From IMG/VR virus record IMGVR_UViG_3300027282_000088, positions 18,420 to 82,419 of that record: a stretch of 64,000 nt of DNA. One strand, 5' to 3'. This stretch comes from a virus. Taxonomy: Duplodnaviria; Caudoviricetes. The position numbers were made by a program, and so were the translations under genes. The notes beneath the pieces are model-generated. The model did not search any database. It saw nothing but the letters and a program-made list of their open reading frames with translations, and was not told where the DNA came from. Every line of letters starts with the position of its first letter. Positions within the stretch are counted from its first letter, which is position 1. This document shows positions 34,911 to 44,523 of this stretch, piece by piece.

Positions 34911-35209
34911 GCGATTATCAGACAACCCTCCGCAAGCACCGCCGTCTGGCGATCCTGCGGCATCTCGAGCAGGTCTCGGGCTACACCGCCAACGCCTCGA
35001 TCCTGCGCGACGTCCTGAACGGCGTGGGTGTCGGTTCCACCTTCGACCAGGTCACGACTGAGCTGGCCTGGCTGCAGGAAGTCGGCATGGTGACGATGAT
35101 CGATCACGGCGACTTTGTCATTGCCGAGGCGACCCGGCGCGGCATCGAGGTTGCGCGCGGTGAGGCGCCGCATCCGGACGTTCAGCGCCCAAGCGCGCGG
35201 AGGCTCTGA
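34907..35209 (+). CDS. Mu gp26-like wHTH protein
   Basis: RRLAILR.L...GY.AN.SIL...L.WL.E.G.V...RG..VARG. Confidence 0.75.
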   Translation: MSDYQTTLRKHRRLAILRHLEQVSGYTANASILRDVLNGVGVGSTFDQVTTELAWLQEVGMVTMIDHGDFVIAEATRRGIEVARGEAPHPDVQRPSARRL

Positions 35210-35210
35210 C

Positions 35211-35783
35211 ATGCCCCCGCCTCGCAAGGTCGAACTCTTGCCGCCGGAGCTACGCGCGCGGCTCCACGGCTGGTGGAAGGAAAAGGGCTTTCACGGCTAC
35301 GAGGAGCTGACGGATGAGCTCAATTTCTGGCTGGAGGAAGAAGGCCTCGAGCTGCGCATCGGCAAGAGCGCCCTGCATGCCTACGGGCAGGAGTACGAGC
35401 AGTTCGTCAAGCTCCAGGACGAAGCCGGAGCCTGGGCACAACAATGGCTGGCCGACAATGACCTATCGGAAGAGGCCGACCGCCACCGCGTCCTCTTCCA
35501 GATGATGACCAGCGTCGCCTTCAAGGTGCTCAAATCGCAGATGGGCAAGGAGGGCGAGGACATCGACCCGCGCGAGCTGCATTTCCTCGGCAAGATGATG
35601 AAGGACATCATGTCGAGCGCCGGGATCCGCGAGCAGCTCTTGGTCAAGGAACGCGCCCGCATCGCCGCCGAGGAGCGGGCGAACGCCGTCGAGGCGCTGG
35701 ACAGCGCCCGCGATGAGCTGGGGCTCTCGAGCGACGTCATCGGCAAGCTGCGCCGGGAGTTTCTGGGGGTGCGCGGTGGATGA
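35211..35783 (+). CDS. terminase small subunit-like (Mu gp27/DUF3486)
   Basis: RKVELLP.ELR..L......GY.EL...L......I.KSA..YG. Confidence 0.8.
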   Translation: MPPPRKVELLPPELRARLHGWWKEKGFHGYEELTDELNFWLEEEGLELRIGKSALHAYGQEYEQFVKLQDEAGAWAQQWLADNDLSEEADRHRVLFQMMTSVAFKVLKSQMGKEGEDIDPRELHFLGKMMKDIMSSAGIREQLLVKERARIAAEERANAVEALDSARDELGLSSDVIGKLRREFLGVRGG

Positions 35784-36015
35784 ATTGATACCGACAGCAC
35801 TGGATGACCTCGCGGGAATACCGAACAAGGATCTGTCGACCGGTGGGAAAGTGATGGTGGGTGACCACAACTGGCGTCGCGCCCCATTGTCCCACCGCGT
35901 GCGAATATTTCTGTTCGGGCGCAGGGAGCGCATCACGCATCTGGGCGTGCACTGCACCATCGCGTGGTGGCGGGAGCAGCCCTATCTGATCTGGATTGCC
36001 GAGGCGCGTCCATGA
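35776..36015 (+). CDS. hypothetical protein
   Basis: GTG start overlapping the previous stop. Confidence 0.45.
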   Translation: MDELIPTALDDLAGIPNKDLSTGGKVMVGDHNWRRAPLSHRVRIFLFGRRERITHLGVHCTIAWWREQPYLIWIAEARP

Positions 36016-36308
36016 TCCGCGCCATTGAATTCCCCAACCCGGCTGAGTTCCGCCGCCAAAAACTGCCGGGCAGTTTCCACATCGATCTGACCCAAGGCGG
36101 CCCGGACGGCGCGGCCCTCTGGTTTTACTGCCCCTGCGGCTGCGACGGTCCGTCCCGGATCATTATCGGCCTGCGCGGCAAGCCCGCGTCTACCCCGAGC
36201 TGGGATTGGAACGGGTCCATGTCCGAGCCGACGCTCACGCCGTCGGTCAATCAACTGCGTTGCGGCTGGCACGGCTGGCTGCGCGACGGCTACTGGGAGG
36301 TTGCATAA
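36012..36308 (+). CDS. small Cys/Trp-rich metal-binding protein (DUF6527-like)
   Basis: CPCGC...WDWNG....PTLTPSV...CGWHGWLRDG.W. Confidence 0.65.
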   Translation: MIRAIEFPNPAEFRRQKLPGSFHIDLTQGGPDGAALWFYCPCGCDGPSRIIIGLRGKPASTPSWDWNGSMSEPTLTPSVNQLRCGWHGWLRDGYWEVA

Positions 36309-36598
36309 TGTCTGAACTGGTTTTCATCTGGGCTGTTTATCTGCTGGCGCAATTCGCCGACGTGGCGTCCACGCGCGCCGCCCTGCGCGGCGGGCTGGTC
36401 GAGGCCAACCCGCTCATGGCCCGCCTCATGGGCCTGACGGGCAATTGGTGGGCCGTCAAGCTCGGCGTGGCACTCGCTGCTGGCATTCTGCTGACGTGGC
36501 TGGGTCAAGAGCGCTGGATCATGCTGCTCGCCGCGATCACCGGCGGCGTGGCCGTGAACAACTGGCGGCTGGTCCGCAAGCATCGGGAGCGGCGCTGA
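36308..36598 (+). CDS. small membrane protein (DUF5658-like)
   Basis: D..ST..AL..G..EANP.M motif plus TM helices. Confidence 0.6.
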   Translation: MSELVFIWAVYLLAQFADVASTRAALRGGLVEANPLMARLMGLTGNWWAVKLGVALAAGILLTWLGQERWIMLLAAITGGVAVNNWRLVRKHRERR

Positions 36599-36870
36599 TG
36601 GCCACACCCGCCCAAATCGCCAACGACATGGCCGCGCATGCCAAATACTGGGCCGGGCGTGATTGTAACATAGAGCGCGTTTGCCGCGACGCGGCGTGGG
36701 TGATCCGTTCGATGCTGGAGGGACCAAAGGTAGACGGCCGCACGTACGGCGGCGTTCATCGGCGGCTCTTGAGATTGGAAATGGGTCCGGGCTGGAGGGT
36801 CAAAGGCTATCCGGACCTTGTCCGTGCAAGGCTTTGTATAGAACGCCTGCGCCGGGAGGCGCGTTGTTGA
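36598..36870 (+). CDS. hypothetical protein
   Basis: TGATG coupling. Confidence 0.55.
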   Translation: MATPAQIANDMAAHAKYWAGRDCNIERVCRDAAWVIRSMLEGPKVDGRTYGGVHRRLLRLEMGPGWRVKGYPDLVRARLCIERLRREARC

Positions 36871-37064
36871 TGGCCTATCGATGGAAAAGACCGGACGGCA
36901 AAACCGGCAGCTGGGTTTCGACGGAGGATGCCGCAATTCAGGACGCGGTGCAGAAGAAAAGCTCAGGTCCGGGCCTCAAGGTTACGTTCGACCTTACCAT
37001 TGCTCGGCTGCTCTTCAAATCGCTCGCCCGCAACGGTTGGAGTATAGAGGAGGGTAACCCGTGA
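36870..37064 (+). CDS. hypothetical protein
   Basis: TGATG coupling. Confidence 0.5.
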   Translation: MAYRWKRPDGKTGSWVSTEDAAIQDAVQKKSSGPGLKVTFDLTIARLLFKSLARNGWSIEEGNP

Positions 37065-38710
37065 CAGCCCCCGTCCTCACCCGCGACCCGGACGCGCTCC
37101 CCGAGGAGTTGCCGCGCGGCTCGGAAATCCCCGAGAGCCTCGATCCGCTGGCCGACGGCATCCTGATGGCGCATCAACGCTCCTGGTTGGCCGACGAGAG
37201 CGACCTCAAGGTTTGCGAGAAGGGCCGCCGCACCGGCATCACCTTTGCCGAGATGCTGGGCTGTGCGCTCATTGCCGCCGCCGCGCGCGGCGCGGGCGGG
37301 CAGAACTGCTTTTACATCGGCGACACCAAGGACAAGGGCCGCGAGGCCATTGGCTATGTGGCGCATTTCGCGCGGGTGATTGCCGGGGCGGCCCACCCCA
37401 TCGAGGAGTTTCTCTTCGAGGATCAACAGCCCGATGGCACCACCAAGTTCATCAACGCCTACCGGGTGCGCTTTGCCTCCGGGTTCCGGGTTGAGGCGCT
37501 GAGTTCCAACCCGGCCAACATCCGGGGTCTTCAGGGCACCGTGGTGATCGACGAGGCGGCCTTCCACAAGGATGTGCGCGAGGTGATCGACGCCGTCAAC
37601 GCGATGCTGATCTGGGGCGGCAAGGTCCGGATCATCTCGACCCACAACGGCTATCTTAACGCCTTCAACGAACTGATCCGCGAAGCGCGCTCCGGCAAGA
37701 ACGGCTTCAAGGTGCATCGCTACACCTTCGGCGATGCCGTCACCAACGGGCTTTATAAGCGCGTCTGCATGATGCAGGGCAAGGTCTGGGGTGCCGCGGC
37801 CGAAGCGGACTGGGAGAGCACCATCCGCCGCTCCTACGGCGCGCGCGAGGCCGCCATGCGTCAGGAGCTCGATGCGGAGCCCGCCGAGATGCAGGGCGCG
37901 GCCCTCACCCGCGTGCAGATCGAGGCTTGCATGGCGCAGGGCATCCCGTTCCATCGCTGGACGCAGCCCGACAGCTTCAAAAACGCCGATGAGGCCGTGC
38001 GCAAGGCCGCCGCTTTAACATGGTGTAGAACCCACCTTGAACCGGTGCTTGAAACCCTCGATCGCACCCGGCCGCATTTCATGGGCGAGGACTTTGCGCG
38101 CTCGGGCGACGCGACCGACATCATCATCCTCGAACAGGGCGTCGATCTCACCCGGCGCACCAAGCTCATCGTCGAGCTGCGCAATATCCCCTTTGACCAG
38201 CAGCGCGACGTGCTCTTCTGGCTGCTCGACCGCCTGCCCAACTTCCAAAAAGGGGCGATGGACCGCACCGGCAATGGCGCCTACCTCGCCGAGGTCGCAG
38301 CCCAACGCTATGGGTCGCGCATTGTCGAGGTGGCTTTCACGCGGCAATGGTACGAGCTCGAGATGCCTCCCTATATCGAGGCCTTCTCGGATCGCACCAT
38401 CGTGCTGCCCGCCCATGAGGACGTGCTGCGCGATCACCAGGCGCTGCAATACACGGGCGGCATCATCCGCGTGCCGGAGAACTTTCGCTTCAAAGGCTCG
38501 GACGGTCTCGACCGCCACGGCGACAGCGCCATCGCGAGCGCGCTCGCCTGGTACGCCAGCAATCAGGACGTGGTGCCGATGGAATATCAATCGACCGGGC
38601 GGCGCGCCACGTCCGGTGCGGATGACTTCACAGGCACCATGGGTGGCCGACGCATGGGCTTTGCCCGGGGCGGCGGCGGTTTGGATTTCGGAGGGTTCGG
38701 AGATGGCTAG
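37061..38710 (+). CDS. terminase large subunit (Mu gp28-like)
   Basis: EKGRRTGIT, VVIDEAAF, ISTHNG, GEDFAR.GD, RHGD motifs. Confidence 0.92.
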   Translation: MTAPVLTRDPDALPEELPRGSEIPESLDPLADGILMAHQRSWLADESDLKVCEKGRRTGITFAEMLGCALIAAAARGAGGQNCFYIGDTKDKGREAIGYVAHFARVIAGAAHPIEEFLFEDQQPDGTTKFINAYRVRFASGFRVEALSSNPANIRGLQGTVVIDEAAFHKDVREVIDAVNAMLIWGGKVRIISTHNGYLNAFNELIREARSGKNGFKVHRYTFGDAVTNGLYKRVCMMQGKVWGAAAEADWESTIRRSYGAREAAMRQELDAEPAEMQGAALTRVQIEACMAQGIPFHRWTQPDSFKNADEAVRKAAALTWCRTHLEPVLETLDRTRPHFMGEDFARSGDATDIIILEQGVDLTRRTKLIVELRNIPFDQQRDVLFWLLDRLPNFQKGAMDRTGNGAYLAEVAAQRYGSRIVEVAFTRQWYELEMPPYIEAFSDRTIVLPAHEDVLRDHQALQYTGGIIRVPENFRFKGSDGLDRHGDSAIASALAWYASNQDVVPMEYQSTGRRATSGADDFTGTMGGRRMGFARGGGGLDFGGFGDG

Positions 38711-40256
38711 GAAGACCAGCACGATGCGACTGCGGTCAGTGCGGATGCGCAACCCGATGGAGCTTTCGGGCATCCAGAACGGTCGTGACATCACCCGGCC
38801 GTGGATCGGCCCGCTGCTCGAGCCGACCGATCCGATCCTGCGCACGCGCGGCGGCGGCAGCTTTGATATCTACAAACCGATCCTGACCGATCCGCAGGTC
38901 AAATCGGTGATGACGCAGCGCATCTCGGCCGTGACCAGCCGGGAATGGGAAGTGGTGCCGGGCGAGGACACGGTGGCAGGCAAACGCGCGGCCGACTGGC
39001 TGCGGGACGAGCTTTCGGCCATGAAGTTCGACCGCCTGACCGAGAAGATGCTCTGGGGGCTCTTCTATGGGTATTCCGTCGCCGAGCAGATGTATCGGCG
39101 CGACGGGCAAATCTGGGGCTGGGAGGAGATCCGCGTGCGCGACCGTGTCAGGTTTCGCTTTGACGAGGACTGCGGCTTGCGCCTGCTGACCATGTCGAAC
39201 ATGCTTATGGGCGAGGAGATGCCGCCCGAGAAGTTCTGGGTCTTCTCGACCGGGGCGGATCACGACGACGAGCCCTATGGCCTCGGCCTCGCGCATTGGC
39301 TCTATTGGCCGGTCTGGTTCAAACGCAACGGCCTCAAGCTCTGGCTGATCGCCCTCGACAAGTTCGGCATGCCGACCGGACGGGGCAAGTATCCGGCGCA
39401 AGCCACAGAAGAGGAGAAGAAGACGCTGCTCGAGGCCGTAATGGCAATCCGCTCCGAGGCGGGGATCATCATTCCCGAAGGCATGGATATCGATCTGCTG
39501 TCGGCACCGTCAGGGTCCAGTTCACTCGATTACCAGAAGCTGCACGACGCGATGGACGCCGCCATCTCGAAGATCGTTCTGTCGCAAACCATGACGACGG
39601 ACGACGGCTCCAGCCGCTCTCAGGCCGAGGTGCATGACGGCGTCGGTGATGCCGTTAAGAAGTCCGATGCGGATCTGGTCTGTCAATCCTTCAACGAGGG
39701 ACCGGTGGCGCAGCTCTCCGCGTTCAACTTCCCGGGCGTTGTGCCCCCAAAGGTGTGGCGCAAGATGGAGGACCCGGAAGACACCACCGCCGCCGTGGAC
39801 CGCGACGAGAAGCTGCATCGCATGGGCTGGCGCATGTCCGAGGACCGCGTACAGGAGACCTATGGCGATGGGTATGAGCGTGCCGCACCTCCGGACACCC
39901 CCCCGCCGGGTGAGGAGGCCGCACCGGAGGCCGGTTTCGCCGAGCATCGCCACGATAGCGCACTCGATGCGCTTGCGGCCGAGATTATCGCCGAGGGACA
40001 TGCCGAGGCGGCCGTCGAGCCGCTATTCGCAGATATCGCGTCCCTTCTGGGCAGCATCGCACCGGGCACCACGCTTGAGGCGCTGCGCGCCCGTATCGAC
40101 GCCTTGGCGGCCGCACCGAGCGACGGACAAGCGATGACTGACCTCTTGACTGAGGCCAGTTTCGCCGCGCGTCTGGCGGGTGAGCTGGGGGCCGTGGTGG
40201 ATGACAGCGAGGCGGCGGACGGGTCGGACACCCTGCCCGGCTCCGTGGCCCCATGA
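38703..40256 (+). CDS. portal protein (Mu gp29/DUF935)
   Basis: GYSVAE..Y, GLGLAHWLYWPV.FK, .KFGMP..GKY, ISK.VL.QT.TT; the true start is ATG 38703. Confidence 0.92.
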   Translation: MARKTSTMRLRSVRMRNPMELSGIQNGRDITRPWIGPLLEPTDPILRTRGGGSFDIYKPILTDPQVKSVMTQRISAVTSREWEVVPGEDTVAGKRAADWLRDELSAMKFDRLTEKMLWGLFYGYSVAEQMYRRDGQIWGWEEIRVRDRVRFRFDEDCGLRLLTMSNMLMGEEMPPEKFWVFSTGADHDDEPYGLGLAHWLYWPVWFKRNGLKLWLIALDKFGMPTGRGKYPAQATEEEKKTLLEAVMAIRSEAGIIIPEGMDIDLLSAPSGSSSLDYQKLHDAMDAAISKIVLSQTMTTDDGSSRSQAEVHDGVGDAVKKSDADLVCQSFNEGPVAQLSAFNFPGVVPPKVWRKMEDPEDTTAAVDRDEKLHRMGWRMSEDRVQETYGDGYERAAPPDTPPPGEEAAPEAGFAEHRHDSALDALAAEIIAEGHAEAAVEPLFADIASLLGSIAPGTTLEALRARIDALAAAPSDGQAMTDLLTEASFAARLAGELGAVVDDSEAADGSDTLPGSVAP

Positions 40257-41584
40257 TCGACCTGCAGCGCCTGCGCCCCGAGGATGCGCTGTCCTTCTTT
40301 CGCTCCAAGGGCCTCGCCCCGCCCGATGCGCGGTTCGATTTCCGCGACGTCTGGCGCAATGAGCACGCGAGCAATTTCGTTGTCGCCAAGGCGATGCGGA
40401 CTGACGTGCTCGAGACGATCCGGGGCGCGCTCGACCGTGCGCTGGCCAACGGCGGCACGCTGGGCAGCTTCATGGATGACCTCGAGCCCGAGTTGAAACG
40501 GCTCGGCTGGTGGGGCAGCGGCACGGAGCGCGACCCCCTGACCGGCGAGTTGAAGAACGTCCGGCTTGACTCGCCGCGCCGCCTGCGGGTGATCTTCGAC
40601 GCCAATATGCGCGCGGCCCATGCTGCGGGCAAATGGGCGCGCATTCAGCGCACCAAGGCGGCCTTCCCCTTCCTGCGCTACGTCCAGATCCAGCGCGACA
40701 CCAAGCGCGAGGACCACGCGCGCTATCACGACCTGATCCTGCCCGTCGATCACCCGGCATGGCTTCGCATCTTTCCCCCCAACGGCTGGCGGTGCGGCTG
40801 CACCGTTCAGCAACTCTCGCAGGGCATGCTAGAGCGGCGCGGCCTCAAGGTGACAGAGGATTTCGAGCTGGAGGAGCGCGGGGTGCTGAACCGTCGCACC
40901 GGTGAGATCGAACCCACGGCACTCGGGGTCGATCCCGCGTGGGATGGCAACCCGGGTCAGGCGTGGCTTGACCTCGGGGCGCGCCACGCAGGCGTATCGG
41001 CCGGGCTTTCCGCCCCGGCGGCGGCGACCGAGCTTGGCTTTGTCATGCGCGCCCGGCTCATGGGCCTGGGCGATGGGCGGGAGCATCTTGGCGCATTCGA
41101 TCTGAGGACCGGCGAGGAAATCGACTGGAGCGTGGGCAAGCCGAAGCGCGTCAAACTGACCCCCTCCATAATCCAGCGGCTGGAGAGCGGCACGGCCGTC
41201 GGCCTCGTGCACAATCACCCCAGTTCCGCGCCGCTCAGCCCGGATGACATGGCGGTTATGTTCCAGCGCCAAGTTCGATCAATCATCGCCGTTGGTCACG
41301 ACGGCTCACTCTACCGGGCACAGATGCTGAGACTTAGCCGTGGCGACATGCGCGAGCTTTCGGAGGTGGCGGCAGAACTCATTGACGAGTTGGCCCCGGC
41401 CTTGACCAATACAGAGCGCGACCATGCGGTGCGCCTCGCGGTCCTCGACGTCTTGCAGTCTCAGGGCCTGATCTTATATCAAGAGAGCCTTGGCGCGCAG
41501 TCGCGAGCAATCCGGCAGCGCATAGAAGAGTCCGCCCGGGGTGTTGCCGCTGCCATTGTCAGGGCCATGAACGGAGATCCGTGA
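40253..41584 (+). CDS. MuF head morphogenesis protein with C-terminal JAB/MPN-like extension
   Basis: MuF core P.DHP.W....PPNGWRCGC; tip with RE.L...VHNHPSSAPLSPDD. Confidence 0.85.
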   Translation: MIDLQRLRPEDALSFFRSKGLAPPDARFDFRDVWRNEHASNFVVAKAMRTDVLETIRGALDRALANGGTLGSFMDDLEPELKRLGWWGSGTERDPLTGELKNVRLDSPRRLRVIFDANMRAAHAAGKWARIQRTKAAFPFLRYVQIQRDTKREDHARYHDLILPVDHPAWLRIFPPNGWRCGCTVQQLSQGMLERRGLKVTEDFELEERGVLNRRTGEIEPTALGVDPAWDGNPGQAWLDLGARHAGVSAGLSAPAAATELGFVMRARLMGLGDGREHLGAFDLRTGEEIDWSVGKPKRVKLTPSIIQRLESGTAVGLVHNHPSSAPLSPDDMAVMFQRQVRSIIAVGHDGSLYRAQMLRLSRGDMRELSEVAAELIDELAPALTNTERDHAVRLAVLDVLQSQGLILYQESLGAQSRAIRQRIEESARGVAAAIVRAMNGDP

Positions 41585-41802
41585 TGCGAACGTTGCTGGT
41601 TGAGCCGCCCGACGAATGGAGCCGCGAGGCTTATGAGGCCGCATTGCGCGAAGCGGAAGCATTGCCTGACGACGATCCGGACAAGGAAGAGCTGGTCGCG
41701 GTCCGCCGCGAAGATCTGTTTGGGTATTTCGACCGCCCTAAGAGGACGCCCGAAGAGCGCCGTGCGATCCTGCGCGCATTCCTTGTCGATCCGGCCTCCT
41801 GA
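41584..41802 (+). CDS. small protein coupled to MuF (candidate immunity)
   Basis: TGATG overlap; charged, helical, 72 aa; no counterpart in A. Confidence 0.6.
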   Translation: MRTLLVEPPDEWSREAYEAALREAEALPDDDPDKEELVAVRREDLFGYFDRPKRTPEERRAILRAFLVDPAS

Positions 41803-41879
41803 GGCGATTTCGGGCAAATTGGCCTTGCGAGCGCACCTGCAACCGAGGCCGCGCCACGGAATACCCCGTCAGAGCGCCA

Positions 41880-41903
41880 TTAAATACCCATTGAATACCC
41901 CCC
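41880..41903 (+). repeat. tandem 11 bp motif
   Basis: ttaaataccca-ttgaatacccccc; same position as the site at 964 in A. Confidence 0.7.
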
Positions 41904-42050
41904 TCGGCCCTGCGGGCCACCTTCCCCCGCCGTCAGGGGGGAGGCCATTCTGGGGGCCTCTCAGGGCCTCTTGGCATTCCGGCCTTGCCGGATGCCCGGT
42001 TGGGCGGATAGTGTGGCCACAAGGGGACCCTGCCAAAACCTCGCCTCCCC

Positions 42051-42093
42051 TGAAGCCCTTCATCTGATATGGCACCCGCGCCCGGCCTAGTGT
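42051..42093 (+). promoter_or_regulatory. putative late promoter of the head operon (B)
   Basis: TGAAG-CC-CTTCATCTGA with TAGTGT 37 nt downstream. Confidence 0.7.
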
Positions 42094-42100
42094 CGGTCGC

Positions 42101-43186
42101 ATGACAAAACCGCTTCACATCTTCCGCGCTGGCCGCCACACCGCCCAATCCGGGCAGAGCTTCGAATTTTCCGAGGCTGAGGTTGAGGGCATCGCCGCTG
42201 CCTATGATCCCGCCCTCCACGAGGCCCCCATTGTCGTGGGCCATCCCCGCACCGATGCCCCGGCCTATGGCTGGGTGAAATCCCTGCGCGCCGAAGGGGC
42301 CGAGCTTTTCGCCGAGCCTGACCAGGTCGAGCCTGCCTTCGCCGAGATGGTGCGCGCCGGACGCTTCAAGCGGATCAGCGCCTCTTTCTATCCCCCCAAG
42401 GCCGCCGCTAACCCGACCCCCGGCATCTATTACCTCAAGCATGTGGGCTTTCTGGGTGCTCAGCCCCCCGCCGTGAAAGGCCTCAAGGCGGCCGAGTTCT
42501 CTGAGGACGCCGAGGCCGTGACCCTTGAGATCGCCTTCTCGGAAGAAGACGCGCCTGTCGCCAGTTTCGGCGATGCCCTGAAAGGCGCGATCTCCGCCGT
42601 CCTGTCCTGGGCACGCACGCCCGCAGGCCAGGAGGCACTCCGCGACGCCGCAGGCGCGCCCGAGACCGAGCCCGCCCCATTCGCCGAAACCCAAGAAGGA
42701 GACCCCGATATGTCCGGCACGGACAAGCCAACCCCCGAAGACCGCCAAGCCGCGCTCGATGCGCGCGAGGCCGAGATTGCCGCCAAGGAGGCGGCCTTCG
42801 CCGAAGGTACGCGCGCCGCACGCCGCGCCGAAGACGCGGCCCTCCTCGACGCCCTTGCCAAGGACGGGCGCATCGCCCCCGGCCTCAAGGATGAGATGGC
42901 CGCGTTCATGGAAAACCTCGACGCGACGGACGAGGTGTCTTTTGCCGAAGGCAAGACCGCCAGCCAGCGCGACTGGTTCCGCGACCTGCTCTCAAAACGG
43001 GCCAAGCCGCTGATCGATTTCAGCGAGCGGGCGGGTGGTGACGCCCTGCCACAGGTCAAGGGAGCGGACGACATCACCGCAGCGGCCAAGCGGCTGATCA
43101 AGGACGCCGAGGCCGAAGGCCGAACGCTGAGCTTTGCGGAGGCGGCCCGGCAGATCGAAGAAACCATGGAGAGCGACGATGCCTAA
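42101..43186 (+). CDS. Mu gpI-like prohead protease/scaffold
   Basis: Close paralog of 1184-2275. Confidence 0.9.
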   Translation: MTKPLHIFRAGRHTAQSGQSFEFSEAEVEGIAAAYDPALHEAPIVVGHPRTDAPAYGWVKSLRAEGAELFAEPDQVEPAFAEMVRAGRFKRISASFYPPKAAANPTPGIYYLKHVGFLGAQPPAVKGLKAAEFSEDAEAVTLEIAFSEEDAPVASFGDALKGAISAVLSWARTPAGQEALRDAAGAPETEPAPFAETQEGDPDMSGTDKPTPEDRQAALDAREAEIAAKEAAFAEGTRAARRAEDAALLDALAKDGRIAPGLKDEMAAFMENLDATDEVSFAEGKTASQRDWFRDLLSKRAKPLIDFSERAGGDALPQVKGADDITAAAKRLIKDAEAEGRTLSFAEAARQIEETMESDDA

Positions 43187-43544
43187 TCCCGGTATGTTCA
43201 TCAAATCCTACACCGCCGAGGCGGCGGTGCCCGGCCGCCGGATCGTCAAATTCGGCGCGGGCGGCGGCATCCTTGTGGCCGCCTCCGCGACCAATCTCGC
43301 GATTGGCATCTCGGACCAACTGGATGCGGCCATTGGCCAGACAGCGGACGTGATCATGTCCGGCTCCGGAGAGCTCAAGCTCGCGGGCACAGTCGCCGCA
43401 GGTGCGCCCGTCGCCTCGAACGCCTCGGGCCTCGGTGTGGCCGCAGTGGCCGGAGCCGGAAACATCGCCATCGGCTACGCGCTGCAGGCGGGCGTCGCTG
43501 GCGACATCATCGACGTGGCCATCGCCCGTCACTCTGTCACCTGA
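43179..43544 (+). CDS. capsid decoration protein (DUF2190-like)
   Basis: Paralog of 2268-2633. Confidence 0.7.
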   Translation: MPNPGMFIKSYTAEAAVPGRRIVKFGAGGGILVAASATNLAIGISDQLDAAIGQTADVIMSGSGELKLAGTVAAGAPVASNASGLGVAAVAGAGNIAIGYALQAGVAGDIIDVAIARHSVT

Positions 43545-43563
43545 TCTTTAGGAGCGCTGATCC

Positions 43564-44523
43564 ATGAGCACCCCCACCCCCTTTGTCGTCGATCCGGTCC
43601 TGACCGCCATCGCCGTCAATTTCCGCAACCCCGACATCTCGTTCATTGCCGACGAGGTCATGCCGCGCGTGCCGGTCATGGCTACGGATTTCAAATGGAC
43701 CTATTTCCCGCCTGAGCAGATGTTCACGGTGCCCGACACGGAAGTCGGCCGCAAAGGTCTGGTCCAACAGGTTGAGTTCACCGGCGAAGAGCGCACCTCT
43801 TCGGTCAAGGACTACGGTCTCGACGACGTGGTGCCGCAGCGCGACATCGATGCCGCCCGCGCCCTGCGCGCCGCTGGCAATTCGGCTTTCGATCCCGAGG
43901 CGCGCGCCGTCGAGGGTCTGGCCCATCTGATCCAGCTCGACCGCGAAAAGCGCGTGGCCGCCATGGTGCAGGACGCGGCCAACTATGACGCGGACAAAAA
44001 AGTGGTGCTCTCGGGCGCGGGCCAGTTCAGCGATCCCACGTCCGATCCCATCGGCGTGATCTCTGCCGCCCTTGATGCCACCTTCATCATGCGCCCCAAC
44101 GTGGCCGCGATGGGGCGTAAGGCCTGGACGGCGCTCTCGACCCATCCCGATATCCTGAAGGCCATCAACCGGACCTCGGGCGACAAGGGCCGCGCCGGCC
44201 GCGAGGCGGTGGCGGAGCTTTTCGAACTCTCTCAGATCCTCGTGGGCGACAGCTATATCAACTCGGCCCGCAAGGGTCAGACGGCTGCCTTCGAGAAGGT
44301 CTGGGGCGGCAATATCGCCCTGATCCATCGCAACACTCAGGCCGGTCCGGACGGCACCGCCCCCGCATGGGGCTGGACGGCGCAGTTCGACGGGCGCGTC
44401 TCGGGGCGCTTCTTTGACCCCAAGGTCGGCCTCAAAGGTTCCACCACGCTCCGCGTAGGCGAGCAGGTCCGCGAAGTCATCGCGGCTCCGGCCACCGGCT
44501 ATCTGATCGAGGATGCGGCATGA
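43564..44523 (+). CDS. major capsid protein
   Basis: About 96% identical to A's capsid by manual count. Confidence 0.85.
   Translation: MSTPTPFVVDPVLTAIAVNFRNPDISFIADEVMPRVPVMATDFKWTYFPPEQMFTVPDTEVGRKGLVQQVEFTGEERTSSVKDYGLDDVVPQRDIDAARALRAAGNSAFDPEARAVEGLAHLIQLDREKRVAAMVQDAANYDADKKVVLSGAGQFSDPTSDPIGVISAALDATFIMRPNVAAMGRKAWTALSTHPDILKAINRTSGDKGRAGREAVAELFELSQILVGDSYINSARKGQTAAFEKVWGGNIALIHRNTQAGPDGTAPAWGWTAQFDGRVSGRFFDPKVGLKGSTTLRVGEQVREVIAAPATGYLIEDAA

Noticed and set aside
38037-38702. Apparent 222-aa N-terminal extension of the portal, and similar extended starts at 52293, 35115 and 30571
   Set aside because: They overlap upstream genes; RBS position and coupling support the later starts.
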